This document shows positions 36,894-46,788 of a DNA stretch of 64,000 bases, piece after piece. The position numbers and the translations under genes were made by a program. The stretch comes from Opitutaceae bacterium (GTDB lineage Bacteria; Verrucomicrobiota; Verrucomicrobiia; Opitutales; Opitutaceae): positions 677,228 through 741,227 of the forward strand of contig JBDZVH010000003.1 of the NCBI GenBank assembly GCA_040255565.1. The letters run 5' to 3'. The notes below the pieces were generated by a model, which worked only from the letters and a program-made list of their open reading frames with translations, searched no databases and was not told the DNA's origin. Position 1 is the stretch's first letter; each line of letters opens with the position of its first letter.

Positions 36894-39800
36894 GCCACCC
36901 TCCTCTCTTGCGCGGCCCGGTGTTCCGCATCGAGCCGCTCTTCGATGGTCCGCTTGATCGCCGTAGCCACTCCCTCTTCGGGTAAATGCATATAGTCCTT
37001 GTAGGCCGCGCGCCGCGCGGGCCCGCCTTCGTCTCGACCAGCAGCAACGTCGTCAAGAAAGGCTTTGATCTCAGATTCCTCCGTCGCGCGTGCGCAATGG
37101 CTGTGCACGAACTCGCCGTCTGCATTAAGCCCTGGACCGTTTGGATTGTGCAAATAGAGCAACGGTCTCCCCGTGCCCGCGTATTCGAGAACGAATGACG
37201 ACGCATCCGTGAGGAGCGCCGAAGCATACGCGAACACCGGCAGATAACTCGGACGGCGATCGATCAGGATGTTGCCGGCCGCGGCACAACGCTCGAGGAA
37301 ACCGGCGATCTGCTCCGCGGTGAGAATCTCCCGCTGCTCCAGCGTGGCGAAAAATAGCGGATGCGGCCGTATCACGAACGCGAGATCCTGCCGCCGCGCG
37401 AACTCCGCGGGCAAAAACTCCTGCCAGCGCAAAAACGTCGAATAGCCCTTGCCGAAAGCGGAGCCGTCCCGCCGCACATCGAACTGCGGATTCCAGAAAA
37501 CCATTCTCCGCCCGGCGACGAAACGCTCCAGCTCTTCGTCGTGCACGGACGCGAGGTGGCGCAGGTTGTCCATTTTCGGATGACCGGTCACCGTCACGTG
37601 GGCATCGCCCGCTTCGCAGAGTTTCGCAAAGGTCGCGCGGTGCCTGGTGCTGCGCGCAAACACCGCCCACGCGAGTTGCTGCGTCGTGAGGTTCACCTGC
37701 ATCGTGGCGTTCTCCAAGCCGCCCCCGATCTCGAGCGCATAAGGGATGTAGGCGATCCGCGGCACCGAGCGGATGATCTCGTGTGTGCACCAACCCTCCG
37801 GCCGGCTGACGTCGTATGGATTTTGCACGAAGACGACGTCCGCACAACCCGGCTGCAAGCGAACTTCGGACCAGTGCAGATGGGGGATGCCTTCCTTTTT
37901 CAGGAAATCGAAAACTGCATTTCGCTCCTCGTCTCTGGTGTAATACGGGTGGTTGTAGGGCAGCGCGACCACGGTGACCTCCCACGAGGAATCCGCAGCA
38001 AACGCACGATATACCGGCGCGGTGCTCGGCCAGAACGGCCCGTGCTGCACGACGAACATGACGCGACGGCGTCCGCCTGGCGACGGAGCGGAAACGTCAC
38101 CGGAACCACCAACCGCACGTTGATGAAGTTTAAGCGCGTCCAGCACGCGGCCTTGCCGCTTCACCGCGTGGCCGTTCCACAGGAGCGGTTGCGGATCGTG
38201 AGGCGCAAGCAAATGGGCGCGTTGAAACGCATTCGCGGCGGCCTCGTAGCGCTGGGCGTCGAACAAACTCTTTCCCAACGCAAACCACGATGGACGATGC
38301 CGCGAATCGAGCCGTACAGCGGCTTCGAACGCCGCGATCGCCTCCTCGAGCTTGCCCGCTTCGCGCAACGTCACGCCAAGCTCGCATTTCCACTCGACAT
38401 TTTTCGGATCAAGATGGCCCGCCAGTTTGAACGCCACCAGCGCGCCGTCAAAGCGTCGTATCCCGCGAAATCCTCGTCCGAGCAGCCCGTAGGCGGTCAC
38501 GTTTTTGTTGTCCATCTTCACCGCGCGCTCCGCCAATGAGGCCGCCGCCGCGAAATCCTCCTGCGCGAGCCGCTCCGCGGCGTTCTTCAATAATTCCGGC
38601 AGATCGGCCGCCTGGCCTTCGACCGGAACCGCATCGCCGCGCGCGAACAGCGCGTGCCCGCCGCCCTGCGGCACGAGCCCGCGCTCCTGAAGCTGTTTCG
38701 CCAAGGCGGGCAGTTCGCTCGCGGCCGCGTCCCAGCACCACACCCGGGCAGCGCTTTTCGCGAACTCCCCGCTCACCTGCGTGCGGCTGCAAATCACGAG
38801 ATCGGCCGCCGTGGCCGCCCTGCGCCCGACGTGCAGGCGCGGCAATGTGCCGTAAAGGTCCACCACCTCGGCGGGCACCGACGCATCGCACGCGATCGTC
38901 ACGCTTTCCTGAGTGCGATGCAGTTCTTGCATCGTCTCGTAAACGGCGGCGGCTTGATTGAGTCGCAGCTTGTCGCCGCCGAACCACACGCGAGCGCCGC
39001 TCCCCCGCTCGAGCGAAAACTCCGGCCGCGTCCGGCCATCGAACGCCAGCGCGCGAAACGCTTCGCGCCGCCGCGCGTCGTTGAAATGCTCATCGAGCCA
39101 CTTCGCTCCGGCGGCCCCGATCGCCGCCGTTTCGGACCGATGCGCCAAAGCGTGGGCGGCGCGTTCTGCGAGTTCCTCAGGCGAGCGGTAGGTAAGCATC
39201 TCGCGACCGTCGGCGAGCAACGCCGTGAGTCCCGACTCAGGCGCGAGGACATCCGTCAACAACGCCGCTCCGCTCGCGAGCACCTCGAACACGCGGAGAT
39301 TCAGATCGCCGTTGAGGCTCGCATTGAAGCCGATGAGCGACGAACCGTAGAACTTCAGCGCCGCCGCCTGTGGCAGCGGTTGCACGCGGAGCGGGAGCTT
39401 GCGCGCCGCCAGCGCGTCAGCCAGCCGCTGGCGCCGCGGATGATGTTTCCCGAGTTGCCCGACGAAGCCGATGTGCGGCGCGCGTGTCTTCTGCCGCGCA
39501 GCGCGCACCGCGTCGTCGCCATGCGGGAAGGTCAGTCCGGGAAACCAAAAGAGATTCTGCACTCCGGCCGCCTGAAAAAAACCCGCGTGGTGCCGGTCAT
39601 ACAACAACACCACCCGCGTATAGGGCTCGCTCGCCGCATAACGCAGCATCTGCGAGATCGGCTGCTGCAGATGATGCGTGTCCGCCACGAGCAGCACGCG
39701 TGGACACGAAAACTTCGCGAGCCCGCGCGGCGTGTTGCGCCAGCTCGAGTCCACGAGGGAAACGACCACGTCGGGTTGCTGCTCCGGCGGAAGCTTTGCC

Positions 39801-39967
39801 GCAATCGCCGCGAGATCGTACTGACCGATCGGCGTCCGCAGCGAAATCCACCGGCCGTCCGGCGCCCGCTGGTCTTCCCAGTCCGGCCCGCACACCACCT
39901 GCTCGTCGCCGAGCCGCGGCGGAGCCATGTAATGCGCGGGAGAACCTGTCGCGAAGAGGACGCGCAT
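36890..39967 (-). CDS. giant modular glycan-assembly protein: CgeB-like GT module - TPR block - TagF-like CDP-alditol phosphotransferase domain
   Basis: 1025 aa. The N-terminal module is paralogous to 28522..32160 (MRVLFATGSPAHYMAPPRL...NASLNGDLNLRVFEVLASGAALLTD). TPRs follow (DPKNVEWKCELGVTLREAGKLEEAIAAFEAAVRLD...). The C-terminal roughly 380 aa (VFVQNPYD...VTGHPKMD...FVIRPHPLF...LLTDASSFVLEYAGTGRPLLYL) resembles TagF/TarL-type glycerol- or ribitol-phosphotransferases. This call is from memory. Confidence 0.7.
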   Translation of the reverse strand: MRVLFATGSPAHYMAPPRLGDEQVVCGPDWEDQRAPDGRWISLRTPIGQYDLAAIAAKLPPEQQPDVVVSLVDSSWRNTPRGLAKFSCPRVLLVADTHHLQQPISQMLRYAASEPYTRVVLLYDRHHAGFFQAAGVQNLFWFPGLTFPHGDDAVRAARQKTRAPHIGFVGQLGKHHPRRQRLADALAARKLPLRVQPLPQAAALKFYGSSLIGFNASLNGDLNLRVFEVLASGAALLTDVLAPESGLTALLADGREMLTYRSPEELAERAAHALAHRSETAAIGAAGAKWLDEHFNDARRREAFRALAFDGRTRPEFSLERGSGARVWFGGDKLRLNQAAAVYETMQELHRTQESVTIACDASVPAEVVDLYGTLPRLHVGRRAATAADLVICSRTQVSGEFAKSAARVWCWDAAASELPALAKQLQERGLVPQGGGHALFARGDAVPVEGQAADLPELLKNAAERLAQEDFAAAASLAERAVKMDNKNVTAYGLLGRGFRGIRRFDGALVAFKLAGHLDPKNVEWKCELGVTLREAGKLEEAIAAFEAAVRLDSRHRPSWFALGKSLFDAQRYEAAANAFQRAHLLAPHDPQPLLWNGHAVKRQGRVLDALKLHQRAVGGSGDVSAPSPGGRRRVMFVVQHGPFWPSTAPVYRAFAADSSWEVTVVALPYNHPYYTRDEERNAVFDFLKKEGIPHLHWSEVRLQPGCADVVFVQNPYDVSRPEGWCTHEIIRSVPRIAYIPYALEIGGGLENATMQVNLTTQQLAWAVFARSTRHRATFAKLCEAGDAHVTVTGHPKMDNLRHLASVHDEELERFVAGRRMVFWNPQFDVRRDGSAFGKGYSTFLRWQEFLPAEFARRQDLAFVIRPHPLFFATLEQREILTAEQIAGFLERCAAAGNILIDRRPSYLPVFAYASALLTDASSFVLEYAGTGRPLLYLHNPNGPGLNADGEFVHSHCARATEESEIKAFLDDVAAGRDEGGPARRAAYKDYMHLPEEGVATAIKRTIEERLDAEHRAAQERRVA

Positions 39968-39977
39968 GATCGGCCGA

Positions 39978-42338
39978 TCAGCAGCCCAGCCGCGCCGCCA
40001 GTCCCGAAATCTCAGGATGATCCGGCACGTTTTCCTTCAGTGCCTTCAACGCGTCCTGCGCGAGATCGAACACGCCCGCGCGCTCCGCCAGATCGATCAG
40101 CATCAACCACCCGTCCGCCTGCCGCGGATCGAGCCGCAAGCTCGTCTCCAAGGCCTGGATCGATGCCTCTTGCTGCCCGTTCTGCTGCAGCGCCTTCGCC
40201 AGATCCGCCCAACGGGCGGCATCCGCGTCGCTGGCTTCCACCGAAGCCAACAAATAAGTCACCGCCCGCGCTGTCCGTCCGCTGACCAGCAACGCTCGGC
40301 CTAGCAGTGCCCGCGCCGCCGCACATGCGGGATCCAGTCGCAACGCTCGTCGCGCTTCCTCCACGGCAGCCGCGCCATCTTCCGTCAGCAACGCCTCGCC
40401 GCGGACCAGATGGTTCTTCAACTCACCGTCCGAAACTCCAGCCGCGAGCGGTTCGCGCCGGGCGCGGAAACGCTCGTTGCCGAGCCGCACCACTTCGTCG
40501 AAGGCCATCTCGAGCAGGTCGCCCAGCGCATCGGCCGCCGCCAGTGCATCGAGCGGCCGGGGCAGCGCGCCGGCGCGTTCGCGAATCGCGTTCCGAAACG
40601 GATCCGCCTCGCCGGCCTGGCTAGCCCGCTTGGCGGCAAGTTCGATCCACGCGTCCGTATCGCGAGCCACGAGTTCGTCCAGTTTCAGCGAACGAAGCAG
40701 GGCCGCGACCCGCCGGTCGCGCAACGTGTCCCCGGCCAGCGCCACCACCGGCACGCCCGCCTGCAGCGCCGCGAGCGCCAGGCTGTCATCGGAAATCGAA
40801 TACAAGTCGAGCTGCACGTCGGCGACCGCCGCCAGCCGCTCGAAATCGGCCAGGCCCGGCAACGGTGCGGGCGAAAGGATCAAGCGGTCGCCCGCCACAC
40901 CGTGCGCCGCGAGCGCCCGGTCGAAGCCCGCCGCGATCGCCGCCAGCCGCGCCTCGTCCATCGGGCCATCGCCCATCCGCTGAAGCACCACCTGGCTGCC
41001 CGGCACGCGTTGCAGTAGCCGCGCCAGCAGATCCTGTGTTTCCGGCAACAGGCTTTCCCAACCGCCGCCACTCACGAACAGCGTGCCCTCCGCGGGCAGC
41101 CCGAAATCGGCGCGGGTCACCGCTTCCGCTGCAACGTGCGGATCCAGACGCTCGAACGTCCGCGCCGGGCCGGGGACGACTCCCAAGCGCTCGGAGAACT
41201 CCGCCGCGAGGGTCGCCGGTTCCGCGTCCGCTCCGGTCACGAAAAGATCGATCGTGTTCAGTCCCGTCGTCGCCCCGTGACGCGCGCTCGTGACCGCTTG
41301 CAGCGGCGCAAGCCGGGCCGCCGCGAGCCGGGCGATCTCACCGGTCGATCCCGTGATTTCGTCTTCAAAAACCAGCACATCGAGCGCGGCATCGGCCAGC
41401 ATCAACTTCTGATCCTCGATGTCCGCCGGCAGCACTTGAAAACCCTGCGTCCGCTGACGGGCGTGGTTCTCGTTGCGCGAATCCGTCGGCGTGAGCACGA
41501 ACACACTCGTTTCGAACCGCTCCGGATCCAGTTCCGTGAAAAGCGCCAGCGTCGCCGTCGTGGCAATCGTTTCCTCGAACGACGGCACCACAAATCCCAC
41601 CCGCAGTTTCCGTCCTTCCCGCGGCAGCGGCGGATATGCCGGCGCCGGCGCCTGCCGGCCCTGACGCAACATCACGCGTGCGTGCAATTCCGCCACGCGG
41701 CGCAAGCCCGAGCGGCTCAACTTCAAGCGCGGGAAATGCTCCTCCGGGCGATAATGGTTCAGAGCCGCGCGCACCACCGCCGAGCCGGGATTCATCTCCT
41801 TCCAGCGCGCCAGCGCCTCCAGATGCCGCTCCGAGTGCTGCAAAAATTCTTCCGCCTGCCCCGGCGCGACGAAACCCGACGGCACCGCAAACAGCCACGC
41901 CGCGTAGTCTTCGCTCAGCCAATCGGGAACGAGATCCAGCGTCGGCGCCGACGGACAATGCCACGCGGGAGCCAGCAACATCATTGCCACCACGCCTGGC
42001 CAGCCTTTCGCCGATGGCGCTCCCGGCGGCAGCGTCGCCGCCAGGCGTGTCGGCACGTCGGTCGCACTCAGCTCGCGCGCCAGAGCGATCGCCTCCGCGA
42101 CGTCCGGCGCCTTCGGCTGCCCGCGCTCCAGCTTCGCCACCCAGGCCGCTGCGGTCACCAGCGCGTCGACCGCCGTCCGCCATGACGCCTCGTCTTCGGG
42201 GCGGCTCAGCACGTGTGCGACGGCGGCGCGCGCCTGCTCGATCACCGTTCCGCCACCGTTCACGGACTGCTCAGAATCGCCGTCCCTGACGGCCAAAATC
42301 TCGGGGCTCGGACTGGACGAAAGCGCAAGGGAAGTCAT
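39978..42338 (-). CDS. divergent, domain-permuted GT41-like protein (GT core first, TPRs C-terminal)
   Basis: 786 aa. The middle region is colinear with the GT41 paralogs (LRVGFVVPSF...DLFVTGADAEP...LLQRVPGSQVVLQ...). The core motif is degraded: LDLYSISDDSLALAALQAGVPVVALAGDTLRDRRVAALL instead of ...HGTTTTCEALWMGVPVV... TPRs occupy the last roughly 170 aa. Confidence 0.65.
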   Translation of the reverse strand: MTSLALSSSPSPEILAVRDGDSEQSVNGGGTVIEQARAAVAHVLSRPEDEASWRTAVDALVTAAAWVAKLERGQPKAPDVAEAIALARELSATDVPTRLAATLPPGAPSAKGWPGVVAMMLLAPAWHCPSAPTLDLVPDWLSEDYAAWLFAVPSGFVAPGQAEEFLQHSERHLEALARWKEMNPGSAVVRAALNHYRPEEHFPRLKLSRSGLRRVAELHARVMLRQGRQAPAPAYPPLPREGRKLRVGFVVPSFEETIATTATLALFTELDPERFETSVFVLTPTDSRNENHARQRTQGFQVLPADIEDQKLMLADAALDVLVFEDEITGSTGEIARLAAARLAPLQAVTSARHGATTGLNTIDLFVTGADAEPATLAAEFSERLGVVPGPARTFERLDPHVAAEAVTRADFGLPAEGTLFVSGGGWESLLPETQDLLARLLQRVPGSQVVLQRMGDGPMDEARLAAIAAGFDRALAAHGVAGDRLILSPAPLPGLADFERLAAVADVQLDLYSISDDSLALAALQAGVPVVALAGDTLRDRRVAALLRSLKLDELVARDTDAWIELAAKRASQAGEADPFRNAIRERAGALPRPLDALAAADALGDLLEMAFDEVVRLGNERFRARREPLAAGVSDGELKNHLVRGEALLTEDGAAAVEEARRALRLDPACAAARALLGRALLVSGRTARAVTYLLASVEASDADAARWADLAKALQQNGQQEASIQALETSLRLDPRQADGWLMLIDLAERAGVFDLAQDALKALKENVPDHPEISGLAARLGC

Positions 42339-42397
42339 GGGACCCTCGTGATTGCAAGTTTCGGGCCGAGCCGATGAACACAGTTACAAGTTACTTA

Positions 42398-42426
42398 ATT
42401 ATAGCGGTTTAATGCTATTTTTTGAA
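42398..42426 (-). promoter_or_regulatory. sigma70-like internal promoter candidate in an AT-rich spacer
   Basis: The minus strand reads TTCAAA-N17-TATAAT, with a perfect -10 hexamer. It sits in the 146-bp AT-rich gap between 42485 (upstream gene end) and 42338 (downstream gene start). Confidence 0.4.
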
Positions 42427-42484
42427 ACGAACTCCTCGCCTTTTCGCCGCGCCCCGCGCGACGGCGGCAGAAATTTCCCCGTGG

Positions 42485-44404
42485 TCAGGACACCGACGTC
42501 ATCGCCGCGCGCTCAGGGGTCGCCTGGTCACCCGCGGCTCCACCGCACCACCTTCGCCAGCACTCCCGCAGCGCCTCGCCAAAACGCCTCGCCTGCGCCG
42601 CGTGATCCATCAAGGCCGCCCCCTGCAATGCTTCACGCAAGGCACGGCTCGCATCTTCCGTGCGCCGGCCCGCGGCGGCGAGCCCGGCTGCGATCCGCGC
42701 ATAATCGTCCGCGGTGTTGGCCACCCATTCGGCTCGGTCCACCGATGCCAGCAGGCTCGCACCCACGCGCGACACGTGCCGGTCGCCCGCGAGCGTCACC
42801 ACCGGCACACCCATCCACAGCGCCTCACAGGTCGTCGTCGTGCCGTGATACGGATACGTGTCCAGCGCCACATCGATGCGACGATACGCGGCCAGATGCG
42901 CCGCGAGACCCACGATCCGGCCAAGCAACTCGACGCGTTCCGCCGCGATTCCGCAGCGCGCGAAGCGTTCGCGGCACCACGCCTGATTCGCCGGCGTGTC
43001 GAGTCCCTGCGATTTCAACAGCAGCCGTGCGTCCGGCACCGCCGCCAGGATCCGCGACCACAGCGTGAGCGTCGTGTCGCTGACCTTCGAAAAATTATTG
43101 AAACAGCCAAACGTCACCGGCCCCTCCGCCTCCCGCAACGGCTCCGGCGCGTCGCGCGGCGGTGCATACGCCCAGGCCGTCGGCGCAAATCGCACCAGCC
43201 GCTCCGTGTGAAAGCGGTCCGCGTCGCCCGCCGGATCTGCGATCGCATCCGTGAAACGATAATCCATCTCCGCCAGCCCCGTCGTATCCGGATAACCGAG
43301 ATACGTGATCTGCACCGGTGCGAGCCGGCGCGCAAACAGCGGCAGGCGATTGAACCCGGTATGACCGGCCAGATCGATGACGACGTCCGGCGCATCGGCC
43401 CGCATCGCCGCTTCGACCCGGCCGTCCGGCCAACCCGCCACGTGACGCCATTGTGCCGCCTGCGCCCGCAGCCGCTCCGACATCGCGTCCACCCGCGCGT
43501 GATCGTGATACAGGAAAATCTCGAACTGGGTCCGATCGAGTTGCGCCAGCAGCGGCTCCAGAAAATACGCGACCGAGTGCGCCCGCAGATCCGGCGACAA
43601 AAACGCCACACGCAACCGCCGCTCCGGATCCGGCAGGTGCGCAAACTTCGGCGAGGGTGAAAGCCCCATCGCGTCGCGCACCGTGTGCCCGAAGGCCTGG
43701 TGTTCGCGCAGCAACGCTTCGCGCTCAACTCCGTCGAGATAGTGCCGACTCAACAGCCGCGCACTGCGCGCTTCATGATTCGCCGGGTGTTTCGCGAGCA
43801 CCTCGTCATAAGCGGCGACCGCCTCGTCGACGCGATGCGCCTGCTGCAACGCCAGCGCGCGGCCCGTGAGCGCCTGCGCCTCGTCGGGATTGATCGCAAG
43901 GGCCCGGTCGAAACAAGCGACGCCTTCGTCCGGATTGCCCGACTGGGTCAACGCCACGCCGAGATTCGCCCACCCGTCCGCCGCGCGGGGCTGCAGCTCC
44001 GTCACCCGGCGAAAATGCGGCACCGCGGCGGCGAAACCTTCCAGTGCCGCCGCCAGCTCGCCGAGAGCGTAGTGGGCGTCGGCATTCGCCGGCTCAAGCG
44101 CCACGACGCGTCGGGCGGCGTCGCGCGCCTCCGCGTGACGGCCGGATTTCTTCAACGCCTCCGCCAGGCGCAACGCGCACGCCGCCGAGCGCGGATTCAG
44201 CTGCAGCGCCCGAACGAGAAACCGGGCCGCGTCCTCGCAGCGCCCCTGCTGCAGCGCGAGGAAACCGGAGAGTTGAAACGCATCGAAGCTGCGCGGGGCC
44301 GCCGCGCGGGCGTGCGCATAGATCTTTTCCGCCTCGTCCAGACGTCCGGCGCGATGACGCGTCAGGGCATCCTGCAGCAGATTCGCGAGCTGTGCTGGAG
44401 TCAT
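42485..44404 (-). CDS. TPR - GT41 (O-GlcNAc-transferase-like, SPINDLY family) glycosyltransferase, paralog 1
   Basis: The start was trimmed to the ATG at 44404, an ATGA overlap with the upstream stop. N-terminal TPRs. The C-terminus has YLGYPDTTG...DYRFTDAIADP... and YPYHGTTTTCEALWMGVPVVTLAGDRHVSRVGASLL. This matches the OGT catalytic-core signature as I recall it from human OGT (NGHTTGMDVLWAGTPMVT). Confidence 0.8.
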   Translation of the reverse strand: MTPAQLANLLQDALTRHRAGRLDEAEKIYAHARAAAPRSFDAFQLSGFLALQQGRCEDAARFLVRALQLNPRSAACALRLAEALKKSGRHAEARDAARRVVALEPANADAHYALGELAAALEGFAAAVPHFRRVTELQPRAADGWANLGVALTQSGNPDEGVACFDRALAINPDEAQALTGRALALQQAHRVDEAVAAYDEVLAKHPANHEARSARLLSRHYLDGVEREALLREHQAFGHTVRDAMGLSPSPKFAHLPDPERRLRVAFLSPDLRAHSVAYFLEPLLAQLDRTQFEIFLYHDHARVDAMSERLRAQAAQWRHVAGWPDGRVEAAMRADAPDVVIDLAGHTGFNRLPLFARRLAPVQITYLGYPDTTGLAEMDYRFTDAIADPAGDADRFHTERLVRFAPTAWAYAPPRDAPEPLREAEGPVTFGCFNNFSKVSDTTLTLWSRILAAVPDARLLLKSQGLDTPANQAWCRERFARCGIAAERVELLGRIVGLAAHLAAYRRIDVALDTYPYHGTTTTCEALWMGVPVVTLAGDRHVSRVGASLLASVDRAEWVANTADDYARIAAGLAAAGRRTEDASRALREALQGAALMDHAAQARRFGEALRECWRRWCGGAAGDQATPERAAMTSVS

Positions 44405-46281
44405 CGCACGGCTTCGTTGCTGGCGCTCGCCGATCGCTCGCACGCGTTGACCCAACACGCGCGCAACGCGGCGCCAAACCGCGCGGCCTGGCCGGCATGA
44501 TCCAGCAGCGGCGAGCGCTGCATCGCCGTTCGCACGGATGCAGGATCGACCGGGTCAGCCGCAAGCCGCGCGGCGATTCGCACGTATTCATTTTCGTCCG
44601 ACGCCACCCATTCGGGATGTCCGACGGCATGGAGCAGGCTCACGCCCACGCGCGCCGCGTGGCGATCGCCCGCGAGCGCCACCACCGGCACGCCCATCCA
44701 CAGCGCCTCGCAGGTCGTGGTCGTGCCTTGATACGGGAATGTGTCGAGCGCCACGTCGACGCGTCGATAAAGCGCCAGATGCGCCGCCGAATCCGGCAGC
44801 CGCCCCACCAGTTCCAGCCGTTCCACGGGAAGTCCGGCCCGCCGAAAACGCGTCAGCCACCTGTCGCGGGTCGCGGATTCGCCCAGACCTTCGCCCTTGA
44901 TCAACAGCCGCGACGCCGGCACCTCCGCGAGCACGCGGGCCCACAGCGCGAGCACCCGCTCCGTGATTTTCGCGAGATCGTTGAAGGACCCAAACGTCAC
45001 GGGCCCGGGGAGGCGGCGCTCGCGCGGCATCGGCGCAGCGACCGGCGGCCGATACGACCACGCGACCGGCGCGAAGCGCACCAGTTGCTCGGTCGCGAAT
45101 GGCTCCGCGTCACCCGGAGGATCCGCGATCGCGTCGGTGAAACGATAATCCATCGCCGCCACGCCGGTCGTATCCGGATATCCAAGATACGTGACCTGCA
45201 CCGGCGCCACGCGACGCGCGAAGACGGGCAGGCGGTTACACATGCCGGTGTGCCCGGCCAGATCGATCAGAATATCCGGCGCATCCGCGAGCAGCGTCGC
45301 CTCGACAGCCGCATGCGTTTGTCCAACCAGGTTGCGCCACCGCGCACCGCGCGATCGCAGCCGCGCCGACACCTCGTCTTCACGGAAGTGATCGTGATAA
45401 AGCCACACTTCGAACTCCCTTTCGTCGAGATGCTCGAGCAGCGGTTCGAAAAAATACGCGCAGGAGTGCTCGCGCAGGTCCGGCGACCACACCGCCACTT
45501 TCAGCCGCCGCGCCGGATCGCGTTCATTCGCGAAAGTCCGTGACGGCGGTGCGCCCAGCATCCGGCCAAACGCGGCGTGCTCCTCGAAAAGCCATTCGCG
45601 CGACAGGCCGTCCACGCACTGCAGCACCATCAATCGGCAGCTCCGGGCTTCGGCATCGGCCGGTTCAGCCGTGAGCACGCGATCGTAATCCTCGATCGCC
45701 TCCGGAATTCGTTTCAACCGATGCAACACCTGCGCGCGCGCCAGCCGCGCGGACGCGAGATTCGCCTCGAGTGCCAGCGCTCGTTCCTGGCACGTCAGCG
45801 CCGCCTCGAGCTCTCCTTGCAGCGCGAGGGTCAGCCCGTAATTGCACCACAGGACGGCGCTGCGCGCCGACGCGGCCACCGCTTTTTGATGGCAGGCGAC
45901 CGCCTCGGCGAGCCGGTCCTGCGTTTTCAAACAGTAAGCCAGTTGATCCCAGGCCTCCGCGGCGCGAGGATCGCGGGCGGTCACGCGGCGCAACCGCTGC
46001 TCGGCATCCGCCGGGCGGCCCGCCGCCAGCAGCGCCGCGCCCAGTCGCATCTCGCAGACCGAAGACGACCGATCCAGCCGATGCGCTTTCTCCAACAGCT
46101 CGACCGCCTGCGCCGCGCGCCCCTGCTGATGCGCCAGCAATCCCGAAAGGTGCAGGGCGTCAAAATCGAGCGGCTTCGCCACGCGCACCTGTCGATACAG
46201 TGTCTCCGCCGCCTCGAGCCGACCGGCGCGATGCAGCGCCACGGCCTCTTGCAGGATCGATTGTCGCTTGGCGGGAGACAT
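44401..46281 (-). CDS. TPR - GT41 (OGT-like) glycosyltransferase, paralog 2
   Basis: 626 aa with the same architecture: FPYQGTTTTCEALWMGVPVVALAGDRHAARVGVSLL. Confidence 0.8.
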   Translation of the reverse strand: MSPAKRQSILQEAVALHRAGRLEAAETLYRQVRVAKPLDFDALHLSGLLAHQQGRAAQAVELLEKAHRLDRSSSVCEMRLGAALLAAGRPADAEQRLRRVTARDPRAAEAWDQLAYCLKTQDRLAEAVACHQKAVAASARSAVLWCNYGLTLALQGELEAALTCQERALALEANLASARLARAQVLHRLKRIPEAIEDYDRVLTAEPADAEARSCRLMVLQCVDGLSREWLFEEHAAFGRMLGAPPSRTFANERDPARRLKVAVWSPDLREHSCAYFFEPLLEHLDEREFEVWLYHDHFREDEVSARLRSRGARWRNLVGQTHAAVEATLLADAPDILIDLAGHTGMCNRLPVFARRVAPVQVTYLGYPDTTGVAAMDYRFTDAIADPPGDAEPFATEQLVRFAPVAWSYRPPVAAPMPRERRLPGPVTFGSFNDLAKITERVLALWARVLAEVPASRLLIKGEGLGESATRDRWLTRFRRAGLPVERLELVGRLPDSAAHLALYRRVDVALDTFPYQGTTTTCEALWMGVPVVALAGDRHAARVGVSLLHAVGHPEWVASDENEYVRIAARLAADPVDPASVRTAMQRSPLLDHAGQAARFGAALRACWVNACERSASASNEAVR

Positions 46282-46287
46282 GAACCC

Positions 46288-46788
46288 TCAGGCCGTGATC
46301 GGGTTGGCGGCGAACGCCTCCGCGTTGACCAGTTCGTCGATCCGCTGCTGCAGATCCGCCCGACCGGGCGCGAGAGCCAGCGCGCGACGCAGGCACGCGA
46401 TCGCCTCGGCCACCGGGTGGCCCAGCGCACAATGGACATTGGCGAGATTTTCCCACGCTTCGGGATACCCGCGATGTGCCGTCAGCGCCGTGCGCAGCGG
46501 TCGCTCCGCCTCTTCATAACGCCCCGCATCCGCGAGCGCCATGCCGAGGAAAAGTTTGCACTCCACCGAGCGCGGATCGAGGCGCTGCGCGCGCGAAAGA
46601 AACCCGATCGCCTCCTCCAGATGTCCACCGCGCTGAAACGCGAGCGCACCGGCAAGATACCAGCCATCGAACAACCGCGGCGCGGTCCGGCAGACCTGCG
46701 CATAGAGTCGGGCGGCTTCGTCGATCTGCCCGGCCTTGTGCTGGGCGAGTGCGGTGTCGAGGAGTTGGTGGATTTTTTTCGCGTTCAT
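46288..46788 (-). CDS. stand-alone TPR protein
   Basis: The start was trimmed from ORF 46288..46902 to the ATG at 46788 (MNAKKIHQLL...), an ATGA overlap with the upstream stop. The 166 aa are TPRs only and resemble the N-terminal halves of the flanking GT41 paralogs. Confidence 0.7.
   Translation of the reverse strand: MNAKKIHQLLDTALAQHKAGQIDEAARLYAQVCRTAPRLFDGWYLAGALAFQRGGHLEEAIGFLSRAQRLDPRSVECKLFLGMALADAGRYEEAERPLRTALTAHRGYPEAWENLANVHCALGHPVAEAIACLRRALALAPGRADLQQRIDELVNAEAFAANPITA

Noticed and set aside
35583-40285. Plus-strand ORFs 35583..36995, 37361..38539 and 38654..40285 across the glycan island
   Set aside because: They are antisense to minus-strand genes that have clear IspD/SDR, TPR and transferase motifs. 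Their translations are Arg-rich low-complexity sequence.
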